55,527 nt of DNA. Origin: a virus. Its lineage: Duplodnaviria > Caudoviricetes. Where the stretch lies: the IMG/VR virus record IMGVR_UViG_3300032163_000018, positions 1-55,527 of that record, one strand, 5' to 3'. Under the pieces are notes generated by a model that searched no databases, was not told the origin of the DNA, and worked only from the letters and a program-made list of their open reading frames with translations. Position numbers and translations under genes: made by a program. Positions 10,359 to 19,871 of the stretch are shown piece by piece (the first letter of the stretch is position 1; every line of letters begins with the position of its first letter).

Positions 10359-10666
10359 GTATTAGTATTTGTATTAATAGTTATATTAATGTTAATATTG
10401 GTATTTATATTCGTCTGGAATCCAACTTTAACTTCTTTTTTAAATCTAAATCCTAAAACCAAATCCAAAAACCTTAATTCTGAGGAATACTTTTCTTACT
10501 TGAAAAGAACATTCGTGAGACATTCAAGTGACGCCGCTTTTTTAACCGCTTAAAAAATAAAGATAAGGAAAATTGAAAAGAGCTTTTTCTTTCTTTTTTG
10601 TTTTCCCTATCTTTATTGTAGCTCAATTTGAACCTAGCTTATGGTTGTTTTGAACCTAGTGCATGG
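10359..10666. repeat. Non-coding repeat cluster (hexamer array, inverted repeat, 22-bp-spaced direct repeat)
   Basis: Nine GTATTA-like hexamers at 10359-10412. Inverted repeat 10557-10572/10601-10616 (15/16 match). TTTGAACCTAG at 10627 and 10649. Confidence 0.6.
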
Positions 10667-10785
10667 GTCATGAGTCTATATTTGATCTAATACGGAATAA
10701 AAAGACCAAATATGGATTTATTGCTTAAATAACCACAAAAGACTAAAATACATATTTTTATGGTATTATAGGCAAAGGAGATCAA

Positions 10786-11277
10786 ATGTCAGAAAAAATA
10801 CAACTTAATGGATCAACAGCTTCATTTAGTATCAATGAGATAGGAGAGTCATCGGGACAAACCTATATGGGTAACTTTAAAGTAAGGTGTATCCTATCGC
10901 CCATAGATAGGCTAAATATTGATAAAACTTATCGTGAATTGATTGGTAAAGATAATCCATATATGGCGGCTCAGGAAGCTTTAGACATTGCTTTTGCGCT
11001 TTCTCAGTTAAAATACAGGATAATTGATTTTCCGGCGTTCTGGCAGGGTTTCCCTATTGATGGAGGACACGTAGACCTTAACATAGTTATGAACGTTTTA
11101 AATCAATCTGTGGATGCGGAGGAGGCATTTAAAAAAGAACATACAGAACGTTTAAAGCAAATCCAAGAGAAATTAACAGAAAAGATCAAAAAAAGAGAAA
11201 TAGTTCCAGAGGTTGAAGAAAAAGAAGAATCTGAAGTAAATGAAGAAGAAATTCCAACATTAAACCTGGATGAATAG
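10786..11277 (+). CDS. Tail assembly chaperone-like protein
   Basis: AAGGAG RBS, acidic, first of two small genes before the tape measure. Confidence 0.55.
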   Translation: MSEKIQLNGSTASFSINEIGESSGQTYMGNFKVRCILSPIDRLNIDKTYRELIGKDNPYMAAQEALDIAFALSQLKYRIIDFPAFWQGFPIDGGHVDLNIVMNVLNQSVDAEEAFKKEHTERLKQIQEKLTEKIKKREIVPEVEEKEESEVNEEEIPTLNLDE

Positions 11278-11726
11278 TGAAAGATTTTGATATTTATCTT
11301 TTAAAACAAACCGAGGCTATTTCTGATCGGTTAAATAATTCAGATATATTATTTTATCGTAAAATATGTCGTTGGTATAGTCGTACATTTTTTACTCCGC
11401 TCCATATGGTTATGGATGGTCAGACCATTCCTTGGGATATAGTCTTACAACATTACTATGATAATAACATAGAAAGATTATCTTACAATGAAGTTTTAGA
11501 ACTAGCTAAAAGAGAATACTTGCCCGGTTTAAAAGAAGAAGTAGAGAAAGAAGATGAAGAGTTGGATAAAGAATTAGAAAAAGAACAGGAAGAAAATATA
11601 AAGAAACATAAACCCAAACAAAAACAAATAGTTACAAATGATACAGAAATATCGCAATCTTTAAATGACAATGAAAGTCAACCTTTAAATGAACCAAAAG
11701 AGATGCGACTTAATTTTGAAGATTAA
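11277..11726 (+). CDS. Second tail assembly chaperone-like protein
   Basis: RWYSRTFFTP motif, acidic C-terminus, lies just before the tape measure. Confidence 0.5.
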   Translation: MKDFDIYLLKQTEAISDRLNNSDILFYRKICRWYSRTFFTPLHMVMDGQTIPWDIVLQHYYDNNIERLSYNEVLELAKREYLPGLKEEVEKEDEELDKELEKEQEENIKKHKPKQKQIVTNDTEISQSLNDNESQPLNEPKEMRLNFED

Positions 11727-11834
11727 TGATATCAAACTCTAACTAGTCCAAAAGACATGAGTAAGATATTGTCAGTAAGATTTTTATCCTAAATAATCCA
11801 GAAAAAACATCATGAAATAAACTAAGGCAAGCCT

Positions 11835-14339
11835 TTGGCAGATAATAAAGAAATCAGGATCAAGGCTATCATAGATACGGCAGACCTTGACGCACAAATA
11901 AGTCGTATCAAGCAAAAGATGACTCAAGCCACCTCAAGCGCACAAACGCTTCAAAGAGGTCAATCTATCGGTGCGTTTTCTCCTCAAACTCAAGCTTTGT
12001 TCGCCGGACAAGCTCAAAAATCATTCCATCAGTTACGTGAAGAATTCAACCTTTCCGAAAGACAATCAAGAAACATGGAAAAAGACATTAGAAATATAAC
12101 TTCTAGGGCTAATTCCATGAAAGACATAGCCACTAAAGAAAAAGAAGTTAATAAACTATTAGAAGATCGTGAAAAAATAGAAAATAGATTGATGCATATT
12201 AAAAAAGCTCAGGTTGGGTTTTTAGAACAAGCCAAGACTATTGATCCTAACTTATCTGGTTTTAGGATGGCTGGTGGAACACAGGGTCCAGAAGCCTTAG
12301 CTGGTGGAGGTAACTTTAACATAGGTAGGATGCAAAACTATCGTGGTTTTAGAGGCATGGGATTTGGTCAGGGTTTATCTAGGTTGTTAAGTTCAATGGG
12401 CGGTCCCATTGGCGTTTTAGGAGGTTTAGGAGCAGTTGCTAGTACTGGTGCTAACATAGGAATGTCAGTAGCAGATGAACTAGCTGAAAGACAGAGAAAC
12501 ATAGCTATGGCGCAAGGTTCTGCTATGAGTATGGCTGCTACGCCGTTAAGACAACAAATGGCTGGTAGAGGATATGAAGCTGCTATTTTTGCACCTGAAA
12601 GAGAAAGGGCGTTTGACACCGTTGGTAAGGAAATGGAGAGTAGGAGAGCTAGAGATATAACCAGAGGATTAAAAGATGCAGTTTCCGAAGGACTCTCCCA
12701 AGGTTTTAAATTCGCAATAGCCGGAGCGGCTGGTGGAGCCTTAGCTGGTGGAGTTGGAGCAGGTCCTGGAGCTATCGGCGGTGGATTACTAGGTTTTGGT
12801 ATGGGTGCCTTTGGTAAGATGGCTGATAAAGGTTTCCGTGGTGCTTTATTTAACACACAAGAATATAAAGCAGGATTAACAAGAGAAGGATTTGAAAAAC
12901 AACAACAACTAGAACAAGCTTACAAACTCTTAAACATGGATAAAACTTTAGGTTTTGAAGAGTTACAGCAAAATATGGAATTTTACAAAGGATTTGGTAG
13001 AACTTTTGGAACAAGTAGACCGACCACTAGAGGTGGATTGTTAGGCGGCATATTAGGTGCTGGTGTTAGCAGAGAAAGCGGTACGGATATTGCTACTCAG
13101 ATGATGGGCGCATCAGGTATGACAACAGGTCCCGGTCAAGTTGGTGATATAAAACAAGCTTTTATGTTAGGACAGGGCGGAATGACAAATGCCGGTACTG
13201 TTGTTGGTCGTATGCGTGGGTTAATGGGCGGCATGACAACTCAAGGTATTGACGAGGCGATGAGGCGACTTTTTTCTGAAGCTATGAAAGCAGGGATCAA
13301 CGATTCTAAAATGGTTGAGGAAATGCGTAAATTTACAGACGTCACCTCAGACTTAGCTTATAGACAAGGTGGATCTGACATAGCTAACGTTGCGTCAGAG
13401 TTTGGAAGAGGAATGATAGGAACTGGCGGTAGAGATATACAAGCAGCAGGAGCTGCCTATCAGATGAGAAATCAAGAAACTGGAAAATTAGGTGGATTGG
13501 AAGGAGCAATGAAATTCGCTTTTTCCGGTTCTACAGAAGGTAAGGAGATATTAGGAGGATTGTCGGGAAACTTTGAAGACACTTCTGCTTTTTTAGGATT
13601 AAACGTAGCAAATCTAGACCCAGGAAATCCACAAGTTAAGTATTTAATGAGTAAGATGGGAATAACTGATTTTGGGGAGTTTAAGGGTAGATGGCGTAAA
13701 GCACAAACATCTTCAACTAGTCCGAGAGGTGGAACTAGAGAGTTAATGACAAAACTTGGCGGATTAACGAGTGGACAAGATTTCGAAGCAGCGGTTGGAG
13801 GCGGCGGAGAAGCTCAAGACGTTTACGGACAATTAATTGGAGCGTTGGGAGTTGAAAGAGGCGAAGGATTTAGAACGTTAGGTCAACGTGAACAAGAATC
13901 TTACATCCGTTCTTTAGTAACCGGAGAAACTCCAGCAGATCAAGTTGGCGGAGCCGGATTAAAATCGGCTTTTGAACAACGTGGTGCAGAGAGTCCGTTT
14001 ACTAAATTAGAAGCAGCTACCGCAGCGGATCAGCGAGAATCAATGGGAAGATTAGATGATAATATCGACCAATTTGCTAAGGCTGCTGAAAATTCAGCGA
14101 GAGGTGCTGGCGAAGTTAACAAAGCTATGGAATTATTTAAAGGATCAATAGGACTCGGAGTGGAGTCTATGAATATATTAAGAGACGCAATGGTAGCTAT
14201 TCGTGAATACTCGCAAGGAGGAGATAAAGCTTCTCTTGACGCTAAATTAAAAGCCTTACAAAGCAAGATGACGGATCAACCTATAACTACTGGTAATAGT
14301 TCTTCATCTATATTCCAGAGAAGAATGTCAGGTAGATAA
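11835..14339 (+). CDS. Tape measure protein
   Basis: 834 aa, helical, Gly/Ala/Met-rich, IRIKAIID N-terminus, located between the chaperones and the hub. Confidence 0.7.
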   Translation: MADNKEIRIKAIIDTADLDAQISRIKQKMTQATSSAQTLQRGQSIGAFSPQTQALFAGQAQKSFHQLREEFNLSERQSRNMEKDIRNITSRANSMKDIATKEKEVNKLLEDREKIENRLMHIKKAQVGFLEQAKTIDPNLSGFRMAGGTQGPEALAGGGNFNIGRMQNYRGFRGMGFGQGLSRLLSSMGGPIGVLGGLGAVASTGANIGMSVADELAERQRNIAMAQGSAMSMAATPLRQQMAGRGYEAAIFAPERERAFDTVGKEMESRRARDITRGLKDAVSEGLSQGFKFAIAGAAGGALAGGVGAGPGAIGGGLLGFGMGAFGKMADKGFRGALFNTQEYKAGLTREGFEKQQQLEQAYKLLNMDKTLGFEELQQNMEFYKGFGRTFGTSRPTTRGGLLGGILGAGVSRESGTDIATQMMGASGMTTGPGQVGDIKQAFMLGQGGMTNAGTVVGRMRGLMGGMTTQGIDEAMRRLFSEAMKAGINDSKMVEEMRKFTDVTSDLAYRQGGSDIANVASEFGRGMIGTGGRDIQAAGAAYQMRNQETGKLGGLEGAMKFAFSGSTEGKEILGGLSGNFEDTSAFLGLNVANLDPGNPQVKYLMSKMGITDFGEFKGRWRKAQTSSTSPRGGTRELMTKLGGLTSGQDFEAAVGGGGEAQDVYGQLIGALGVERGEGFRTLGQREQESYIRSLVTGETPADQVGGAGLKSAFEQRGAESPFTKLEAATAADQRESMGRLDDNIDQFAKAAENSARGAGEVNKAMELFKGSIGLGVESMNILRDAMVAIREYSQGGDKASLDAKLKALQSKMTDQPITTGNSSSSIFQRRMSGR

Positions 14340-16258
14340 TGTCTGATTCACCATTTACACAATCAATTAGAAAAAACACAGAAGATTCGCATCAAGCGAG
14401 TCCGGCATATGTTATTACTTTTGTTAGATGGGCAAATAGAGATCCGGTAAATTATCAAGATCCACAAAACCCAAACACAGACCCAACACAACAAGTTAGA
14501 GAACCCTTAGTTGTTATAAACGATTGTATCAGTTTAAACGCAGGTAATTCTAAATCAGGATTAAGTTCTAGTTGTACAGCAACTTTGTTAGCTGGTGAGA
14601 TTAATTATTCTACCGCCGTTCATCCGGGCGATTACATGATAGTTAATATGTTAAACTATGAATCAGATGCGGTTAAGGTAGCTCAAAAAGCTTTAGCACA
14701 ACATCCGATAAATAAATACGAAGATGGCTTTAAGGGTGTCTATAAGATACAGAAAGTTAGAAGACGTTTAGTCGTTAATCCAGAGAGCGGCGTTAAACAG
14801 GTAGCTTATACTGTTCACGCTTTTGGCTTTACAGAGTTAAACACTGTAATATATTACAATCCAGCCATATCTGAAAAATTTGCTAATTCTGATGTTCTAT
14901 TTATAGCACAGTTTGCTGATTTTTGGAATCAATTCGCTACTTCTAAAGATAACACTAGGAAAGTACAAATAGTGTTGAAATACTTAATTCAGGCTATATT
15001 AGGCAAAGGAATAAATAGAAACGATTTTACTATTCCAGCTACGCAAAATAATCAATTCATAATTCCTCAATTGTTAGGTAAATTACTTAACCGACCAATA
15101 TCTAAAGTTGCTACTGATATTTACAATTTCTATTTTGGTATATGGAGTTTGGCAACCGGATCTACAAACGAAACCCCAGGACAAAACTTTAACAGTATGT
15201 TTGAACAGTGGGATCAAGATAGTAATTTTTACAGAGTTAAGGGCAATAGAGAAATGCAAGGATGGCGTTTATTAGCTGCTGAGAATTGGAACTTTAAGCA
15301 GATATGGTCTATATTAAGTTCTTACCTTAACGGTGCGATAAATGAAATGTACACAACTTATAGAGTTGGTCCTGACAATTTTGTTTATCCATCTATAATA
15401 GCCAGACAAAAGCCTTTTAGCTCGGATCACTTTTTAAATCCAAATAGAATTAATAACGTAGATAATTTACCAGCAGTTAACACAACTCATACTAAATTTT
15501 CTTCTTTACCTAGATGGAGGATTTCTCCTGATTTATTGTATGATATTGACTTAGGTAAAGACGAAGCATCTAGAGTTAATTTTGTACAAGTTTTTGGTCG
15601 CAGTATAGCGGCTTCTGATCAAGAGAATCAAGCATCTCAGATAGGGCTTGGTAACTTTTTCTTTAATCCTATAGACGTTAAAAGACACGGATTAAAACCT
15701 TCAGTTATAACAACTGAGTTTGATTTCCCTGGCGGAACTGGTGAAAACGTCAAACAATCAAGAGCTTGGGCTTACTTGTTGTTTGATATGATGTATGCTG
15801 GAGAGTTAAGAGAATCTGGGACTTTAACTTTTTACGGGATACAAGATCCTATTTCTGTTGGCGATAATATAGAATTTGACAATAACATATATCACATAGA
15901 ATCAATAAACCATATATTTCAAATAGCACCAGACGGCAAGAAGTTTTTTAGAACTTCATTAACTTTATCTTTTGGCACTAGTCTTGATAGTGATGATACG
16001 GCTCCTGTTTATCCTCAAATGGAAAACACATTTGCAGACAACGAAAGAGCTGATGATTACACTAACGAAAGAATATTGCCAGGGAATTCAGACACTCAAG
16101 ATATTCCATATGATTCTACTAGAAAATATGGTGAAAAAATTAGAGACGGTGTTGATAAATCGTTTACGTTGGATGAAAACGTTAAGCCTAGAATTTCTAG
16201 TATAGAATATCAAGATGACGGAAGCAGCGATAATAAGAAAAAGAAAGGTAAGAAGTAA
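14339..16258 (+). CDS. Baseplate hub protein (gp27/gpD-like)
   Basis: Follows the tape measure. C-terminal GTLTFYGIQDPISVGDNIEFDNNIYHIESINH..T.L.L motif. Confidence 0.7.
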   Translation: MSDSPFTQSIRKNTEDSHQASPAYVITFVRWANRDPVNYQDPQNPNTDPTQQVREPLVVINDCISLNAGNSKSGLSSSCTATLLAGEINYSTAVHPGDYMIVNMLNYESDAVKVAQKALAQHPINKYEDGFKGVYKIQKVRRRLVVNPESGVKQVAYTVHAFGFTELNTVIYYNPAISEKFANSDVLFIAQFADFWNQFATSKDNTRKVQIVLKYLIQAILGKGINRNDFTIPATQNNQFIIPQLLGKLLNRPISKVATDIYNFYFGIWSLATGSTNETPGQNFNSMFEQWDQDSNFYRVKGNREMQGWRLLAAENWNFKQIWSILSSYLNGAINEMYTTYRVGPDNFVYPSIIARQKPFSSDHFLNPNRINNVDNLPAVNTTHTKFSSLPRWRISPDLLYDIDLGKDEASRVNFVQVFGRSIAASDQENQASQIGLGNFFFNPIDVKRHGLKPSVITTEFDFPGGTGENVKQSRAWAYLLFDMMYAGELRESGTLTFYGIQDPISVGDNIEFDNNIYHIESINHIFQIAPDGKKFFRTSLTLSFGTSLDSDDTAPVYPQMENTFADNERADDYTNERILPGNSDTQDIPYDSTRKYGEKIRDGVDKSFTLDENVKPRISSIEYQDDGSSDNKKKKGKK

Positions 16259-17310
16259 TGTTTGATAACGACGATTATAATCCAATACTGCCTTCTTCTT
16301 TGTTAGCCTTCGATCATGACGGAGTTACAGATGCTTATAAAAATTCTAAGAGTAATTTCTCACTAAAAACTGGCGTTATAATAAAGAGTTATGATATAAA
16401 CGATTCTCAAAACGTTTCAGGCGTTGCGGTTGAGTATGACGTTCTAACTATTGATCAGAGTAGAGATCATGGAACTTCTGGAGTTATATATAAGAAATGT
16501 CTCTCTGTTGATGGTTTTGGTGGACTCTCCGACTTTATGGAAGCAAAACTAAGACCTGCGTCTGATAAGAAAGTCATAAAAGACGCAGAAATAGGCAATA
16601 GTGATGGCGCAATAGTTATGCTTCTATGTATCAACGGAATAGAGGATAGAGGCGTTATAATAGGCTCACTAAAGCATCCAGGCAGAAAAACAAGATTAGA
16701 TAAGGAAGCTGGACTTCACCTTGAGGGAGAGTATAACGGCTTAAATTGGAAGATAGACAAAGATGGTGCGTTAGCGGTTACTTTTAGATCTGCTACAGAT
16801 TCTAAGGGTAAGGCTTCTGATGAGAAATCGGGTGGATCTAATTTTAAGATAGAGAAAGACGGATCTATAGAATTAAACGATAATAACAAAGAAAAGATAA
16901 GAATTGATAAAACTAATAAAACAGTTACTATAAATGCTGAGAAAGATATATCAAACACTACAGAGGGTAACTTTAACGTAACTGCTAAACAATCAACGAA
17001 TGTAACGACTACAAAAGATATATTAATGGCAGCATCAGGTAATTGTAAACTTACTAGTCAGGGAGATTTTACTGTTGAAGCACAGGCGTCAGGCAACTTA
17101 AAAGCTAGTTCTTGGAACATTAAGGCTGATGATTTTATTGAAGCCAGAGCTGGAAGTATTAGATTAAGTTCATCTCAAGTAATGGTCGGACAAGGTGGAA
17201 CACCAGCGGTTATAAACTCAACGCAAGTTCTTACGTTTGTTCCTCCTGGAATTCCTTCTATTGGGATTATGATTGGACCTTTTAGCGGATCTGTTTTTAT
17301 TGCTTCATAA
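16258..17310 (+). CDS. Baseplate central spike protein (gp5/gpV-like)
   Basis: OB-fold-like N-terminus (VMLLCING...VIIG), then beta-helix repeats (IRIDK, VTINAEKDI). Confidence 0.75.
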   Translation: MFDNDDYNPILPSSLLAFDHDGVTDAYKNSKSNFSLKTGVIIKSYDINDSQNVSGVAVEYDVLTIDQSRDHGTSGVIYKKCLSVDGFGGLSDFMEAKLRPASDKKVIKDAEIGNSDGAIVMLLCINGIEDRGVIIGSLKHPGRKTRLDKEAGLHLEGEYNGLNWKIDKDGALAVTFRSATDSKGKASDEKSGGSNFKIEKDGSIELNDNNKEKIRIDKTNKTVTINAEKDISNTTEGNFNVTAKQSTNVTTTKDILMAASGNCKLTSQGDFTVEAQASGNLKASSWNIKADDFIEARAGSIRLSSSQVMVGQGGTPAVINSTQVLTFVPPGIPSIGIMIGPFSGSVFIAS

Positions 17311-17382
17311 TAGATTGTCATTATATTCCACCCACATAAATATATGTTTTTCTAATAAATGTAGGATATCTAATTACACAAT

Positions 17383-17454
17383 AAAATGCGAGATAAATAG
17401 GTCATCTATGGTCCCTCGCAGCTTTCCGCCCAGAGTTAAAACCTAACGGTGCGC
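17383..17454 (-). ncRNA. Candidate ~70-nt two-hairpin small RNA
   Basis: Has its own promoter at 17461-17489. About 50% GC. TGCGAG/CTCGCA stem followed by TTTT. No ORF. Confidence 0.5.
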
Positions 17455-17460
17455 AAATTA

Positions 17461-17489
17461 AGTATATCACACATTAAAATAAAAGTAAA
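17461..17489 (-). promoter_or_regulatory. Sigma70 promoter
   Basis: TTTACT-17 bp-TATACT with TG extension. TGTGATATACT is shared with the 19830 promoter. Confidence 0.65.
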
Positions 17490-17510
17490 ATAAAGCAGGC
17501 TTTCCACCCG
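17484..17510 (-). terminator. Intrinsic terminator
   Basis: GCGGG-TGGAAAG-CCTGC followed by TTTATTTTACTTTT. Confidence 0.55.
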
Positions 17511-17652
17511 CATCGCTGGTTTGTCGGCTCTATAAACGTAGCCGCACCGTCTTTTAAGCTGTTTTACAGCACCATTACTGGCAAGTTTCCACAGACTATT
17601 GACTACATGGCATGACATAGAGGATTGGCGTGATAACCTTAGCCATGTAACC
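17491..17652 (-). ncRNA. Candidate multi-stem structured RNA
   Basis: 76 of 162 bases are G/C. 11-bp stem GGTTACATGGC/GCCATGTAGTC, GCCA-GTAA-TGGT, GCTGT/ACAGC and CGGCT/AGCCG stems. Confidence 0.5.
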
Positions 17653-18006
17653 TCATTTTATGTATTCACTTATTCCAACTAATCTACCATAACACCTAGT
17701 TGAGCATAATGGATAATTACCAGCAAATTGAACGTCTTCCTCTTTCATTTCCTTACCACACTCTTCACAATAAACAATACCATCAAATTCTACATATTCA
17801 CCAGTAATTCCTCCTGAAGGAAACTGTTTAGCTGTTGGATCAATTATATCACCATTTTTATTAACTGTCCACCAATGCCCTTGTTCACCCCAAAAAGGAC
17901 AATAATAAAATCCTCTAACAAGTCTTAAGGTAGGATCATTCTTAACAAGTTCTTCGCTCATTTCCTTACACTTGCCACGATATTTCATATAGTTAGATTG
18001 AGTCAT
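17653..18006 (-). CDS. Transglutaminase/papain-like fold protein with C-terminal Zn ribbon
   Basis: Cys (GKC)...GHWW...IIDPT triad pattern, then CEECG...CSTRC. Confidence 0.5.
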   Translation of the reverse strand: MTQSNYMKYRGKCKEMSEELVKNDPTLRLVRGFYYCPFWGEQGHWWTVNKNGDIIDPTAKQFPSGGITGEYVEFDGIVYCEECGKEMKEEDVQFAGNYPLCSTRCYGRLVGISEYIK

Positions 18007-18008
18007 AG

Positions 18009-18221
18009 TTAATTCTTCTCTAAAGCTTTTTCTAATGTTTTCATAGCTTCGTTCACACCATACAGGGACTCATGAAGATTCTTTATAACTAGATGATGAT
18101 TGCTACTTTGGTTTACTCTTAAGATCCTAGCATAAACATCCATAAGTTCTTTAAGTTCTTCTTTGTCTTTTTCCTTTTCTTTGTCTTTTTCCTTTTCTTT
18201 GTCTGTTAAGTGTAGACTCAT
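18009..18221 (-). CDS. Hypothetical protein with DKEKEK duplication
   Basis: 70 aa; 18-bp tandem duplication. Confidence 0.5.
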   Translation of the reverse strand: MSLHLTDKEKEKDKEKEKDKEELKELMDVYARILRVNQSSNHHLVIKNLHESLYGVNEAMKTLEKALEKN

Positions 18222-18628
18222 TTTTTTTCCATATATCTATATTGTGTGGTTCTAGCATAATATTTGTCGTCTTTTTGAAAGAATGAATTTTGTGAGCTAA
18301 AATAATTATTAACACTCCAGCCCGGCTCAGCAGCCAATGAAGCATACTTTAAAGCATCTATTATTCGTTGTTCGCCATAGTTAGATTTTGGCATTTCAAA
18401 CACTAACTCTTTTTGCTCTTTAATCTTACCAACATTATCTAATCCTCTTATTTCAAATTCTATTGGTATGCAGGCTTGACCTGTGATTGCCCTAGTGAAA
18501 TCTTCTAAAGATAAACTAAGTTCTAAAAATTTGATATCAGAATTTTCATCTTGTATTTCAATATTCATTCTAGAAACGCCATAACAGATAGGTTTGCTTA
18601 TTGAAATATTTCCCTCAAGTTTTTTCAT
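18218..18628 (-). CDS. Hypothetical phage protein
   Basis: 136 aa, AGGAGA RBS. Confidence 0.7.
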   Translation of the reverse strand: MKKLEGNISISKPICYGVSRMNIEIQDENSDIKFLELSLSLEDFTRAITGQACIPIEFEIRGLDNVGKIKEQKELVFEMPKSNYGEQRIIDALKYASLAAEPGWSVNNYFSSQNSFFQKDDKYYARTTQYRYMEKK

Positions 18629-18638
18629 AACATTTCTC

Positions 18639-19361
18639 CTAGTTACAGTTAATCGTTCTTTTAGAAACGATAGTGTTATTGTTAACTAATATAGCACCTG
18701 AGTAAACAGTTATAGTAAACTTAATATTACCAGAACTTACTAATTGCAGTCTAATATCTGTTCTTCTAGATCCAGTTAGCAATGTACCGCCATTATCTAA
18801 TAGATTCTGAGCCGCTGCATAAGTGTAATTTCTAGGGTTTAAGATCACATCGCCATTTTGTACCAATAAATCTACATCTGTGATAGATAGATGGGTTGTT
18901 AAAGAATTATCATAGTTGTTAACAGAAGTAAGGAACTGTCCAGAACTGTCAAAGCTAACTCTCCCAGCGTGATCAACTAATAACTCAACCTGACCGCCGT
19001 TATCACATCGCCAGAATCCTTCCAGGCTTTGTGGAGTTTCTACTGTGGTAGGTCTATCAACGTATTGAACGTCTGTTTTGTTACAAGCCATAAGAAACGC
19101 CGCTAAGAACAATATAATCAATTTCATCAATTTCATCAATTTCATATATTCTCCTATTGTGTTTTGTCTTTTTTTAGACAAAACAAGTCCGTTATCTTTG
19201 ATAAATGATAGTAATTCATCGGAAAAATCTTCTGATACATATATTTCGCCTTGATATCCAGCGGTAATTAAGTCATAATCGTTTTCAAGACCAAATATAC
19301 CTTGAGATCTATCTTTCATAAACTCATCAATTATTTTTAGAAATTTTTCTTCAGCAGTCAT
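18639..19361 (-). CDS. Lipoprotein (internal start near 19146) fused in frame to an upstream 72-aa ORF
   Basis: Internal AGGAGA RBS, then MKLMKLMKLIILFLAAFLMAC lipobox. A separate RBS precedes 19361. Confidence 0.6.
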   Translation of the reverse strand: MTAEEKFLKIIDEFMKDRSQGIFGLENDYDLITAGYQGEIYVSEDFSDELLSFIKDNGLVLSKKRQNTIGEYMKLMKLMKLIILFLAAFLMACNKTDVQYVDRPTTVETPQSLEGFWRCDNGGQVELLVDHAGRVSFDSSGQFLTSVNNYDNSLTTHLSITDVDLLVQNGDVILNPRNYTYAAAQNLLDNGGTLLTGSRRTDIRLQLVSSGNIKFTITVYSGAILVNNNTIVSKRTINCN

Positions 19362-19371
19362 TTTATCCTCC

Positions 19372-19668
19372 TTATTTTAACTCAATTGTTACGGTTCCTT
19401 TTCTAAAATCACTACTATTGATAGTTCCGTCTAATTCTCTCTTTTCTTCTATAGTCATTCTTGTCCACTTTGAAATATATCCAGCATCTTTATGAATACC
19501 GATAGGATATTTTCTTTCCATTTCTCCTACAGTGTAACCATTGTCTCTCGCCCAATTCATAGCATCATAATAGGCAGAAAAGGTTGTATTGTTGCCTGTA
19601 AATATGATCTTTTTGTCTTCTATCGTAACGTCGCCTACATAGAACCCTACTTTTCTTGAATTATTCAT
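19372..19668 (-). CDS. Hypothetical phage protein
   Basis: 98 aa, GGAG RBS. Confidence 0.7.
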   Translation of the reverse strand: MNNSRKVGFYVGDVTIEDKKIIFTGNNTTFSAYYDAMNWARDNGYTVGEMERKYPIGIHKDAGYISKWTRMTIEEKRELDGTINSSDFRKGTVTIELK

Positions 19669-19813
19669 ACACTATCTCCCTTGCTTGTTTTAAAAGCTCC
19701 ATATTAGTTGGATATACATCTGAGTCAAAGTCTAAAAGATCCAAAACCTCATCTTTAGTTACGCCTTCTTTTTTGAGATTTCTAAACCATAAAATCAATT
19801 CTTGTAAATTCAT
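19661..19813 (-). CDS. 50-aa hypothetical protein (not in ORF track)
   Basis: MNLQELILWFRNLKKEG..., with an AGGAGA RBS and a promoter just upstream. Confidence 0.6.
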   Translation of the reverse strand: MNLQELILWFRNLKKEGVTKDEVLDLLDFDSDVYPTNMELLKQAREIVYE

Positions 19814-19831
19814 ATATTCTCCTAAAATCAG

Positions 19832-19871
19832 TATATCACATCCAAAAATAATGTCAACTTCAACAAAATGT
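19832..19871 (-). promoter_or_regulatory. Sigma70 promoter, copy 1 of a 40-bp direct repeat
   Basis: TTGACA-16 bp-TATACT with TG extension; 40 bp identical to 20587-20626. Confidence 0.8.

Noticed and set aside
10345-10470. Minus-strand NINTNINI reading resembling replication-initiator linkers
   Set aside because: Short frame bounded by stops with no credible start; treated as a non-coding repeat.
11250-11290. Programmed -1 frameshift between the two tail chaperone genes
   Set aside because: The -1 frame has TGA at 11271-11273, just upstream of the second gene, and I see no slippery heptamer after it.
17420-17530. c-di-GMP-I/GEMM riboswitch or group II intron domain V similarity (GGGCGGAAAGC, GAGCCG...GAAAG)
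   Set aside because: Only short motifs match. The required stems are missing and there is no downstream gene to regulate.
17436-17618. 60-aa minus-strand ORF
   Set aside because: No RBS. It runs through a terminator and a promoter; RNA structure explains the region better.
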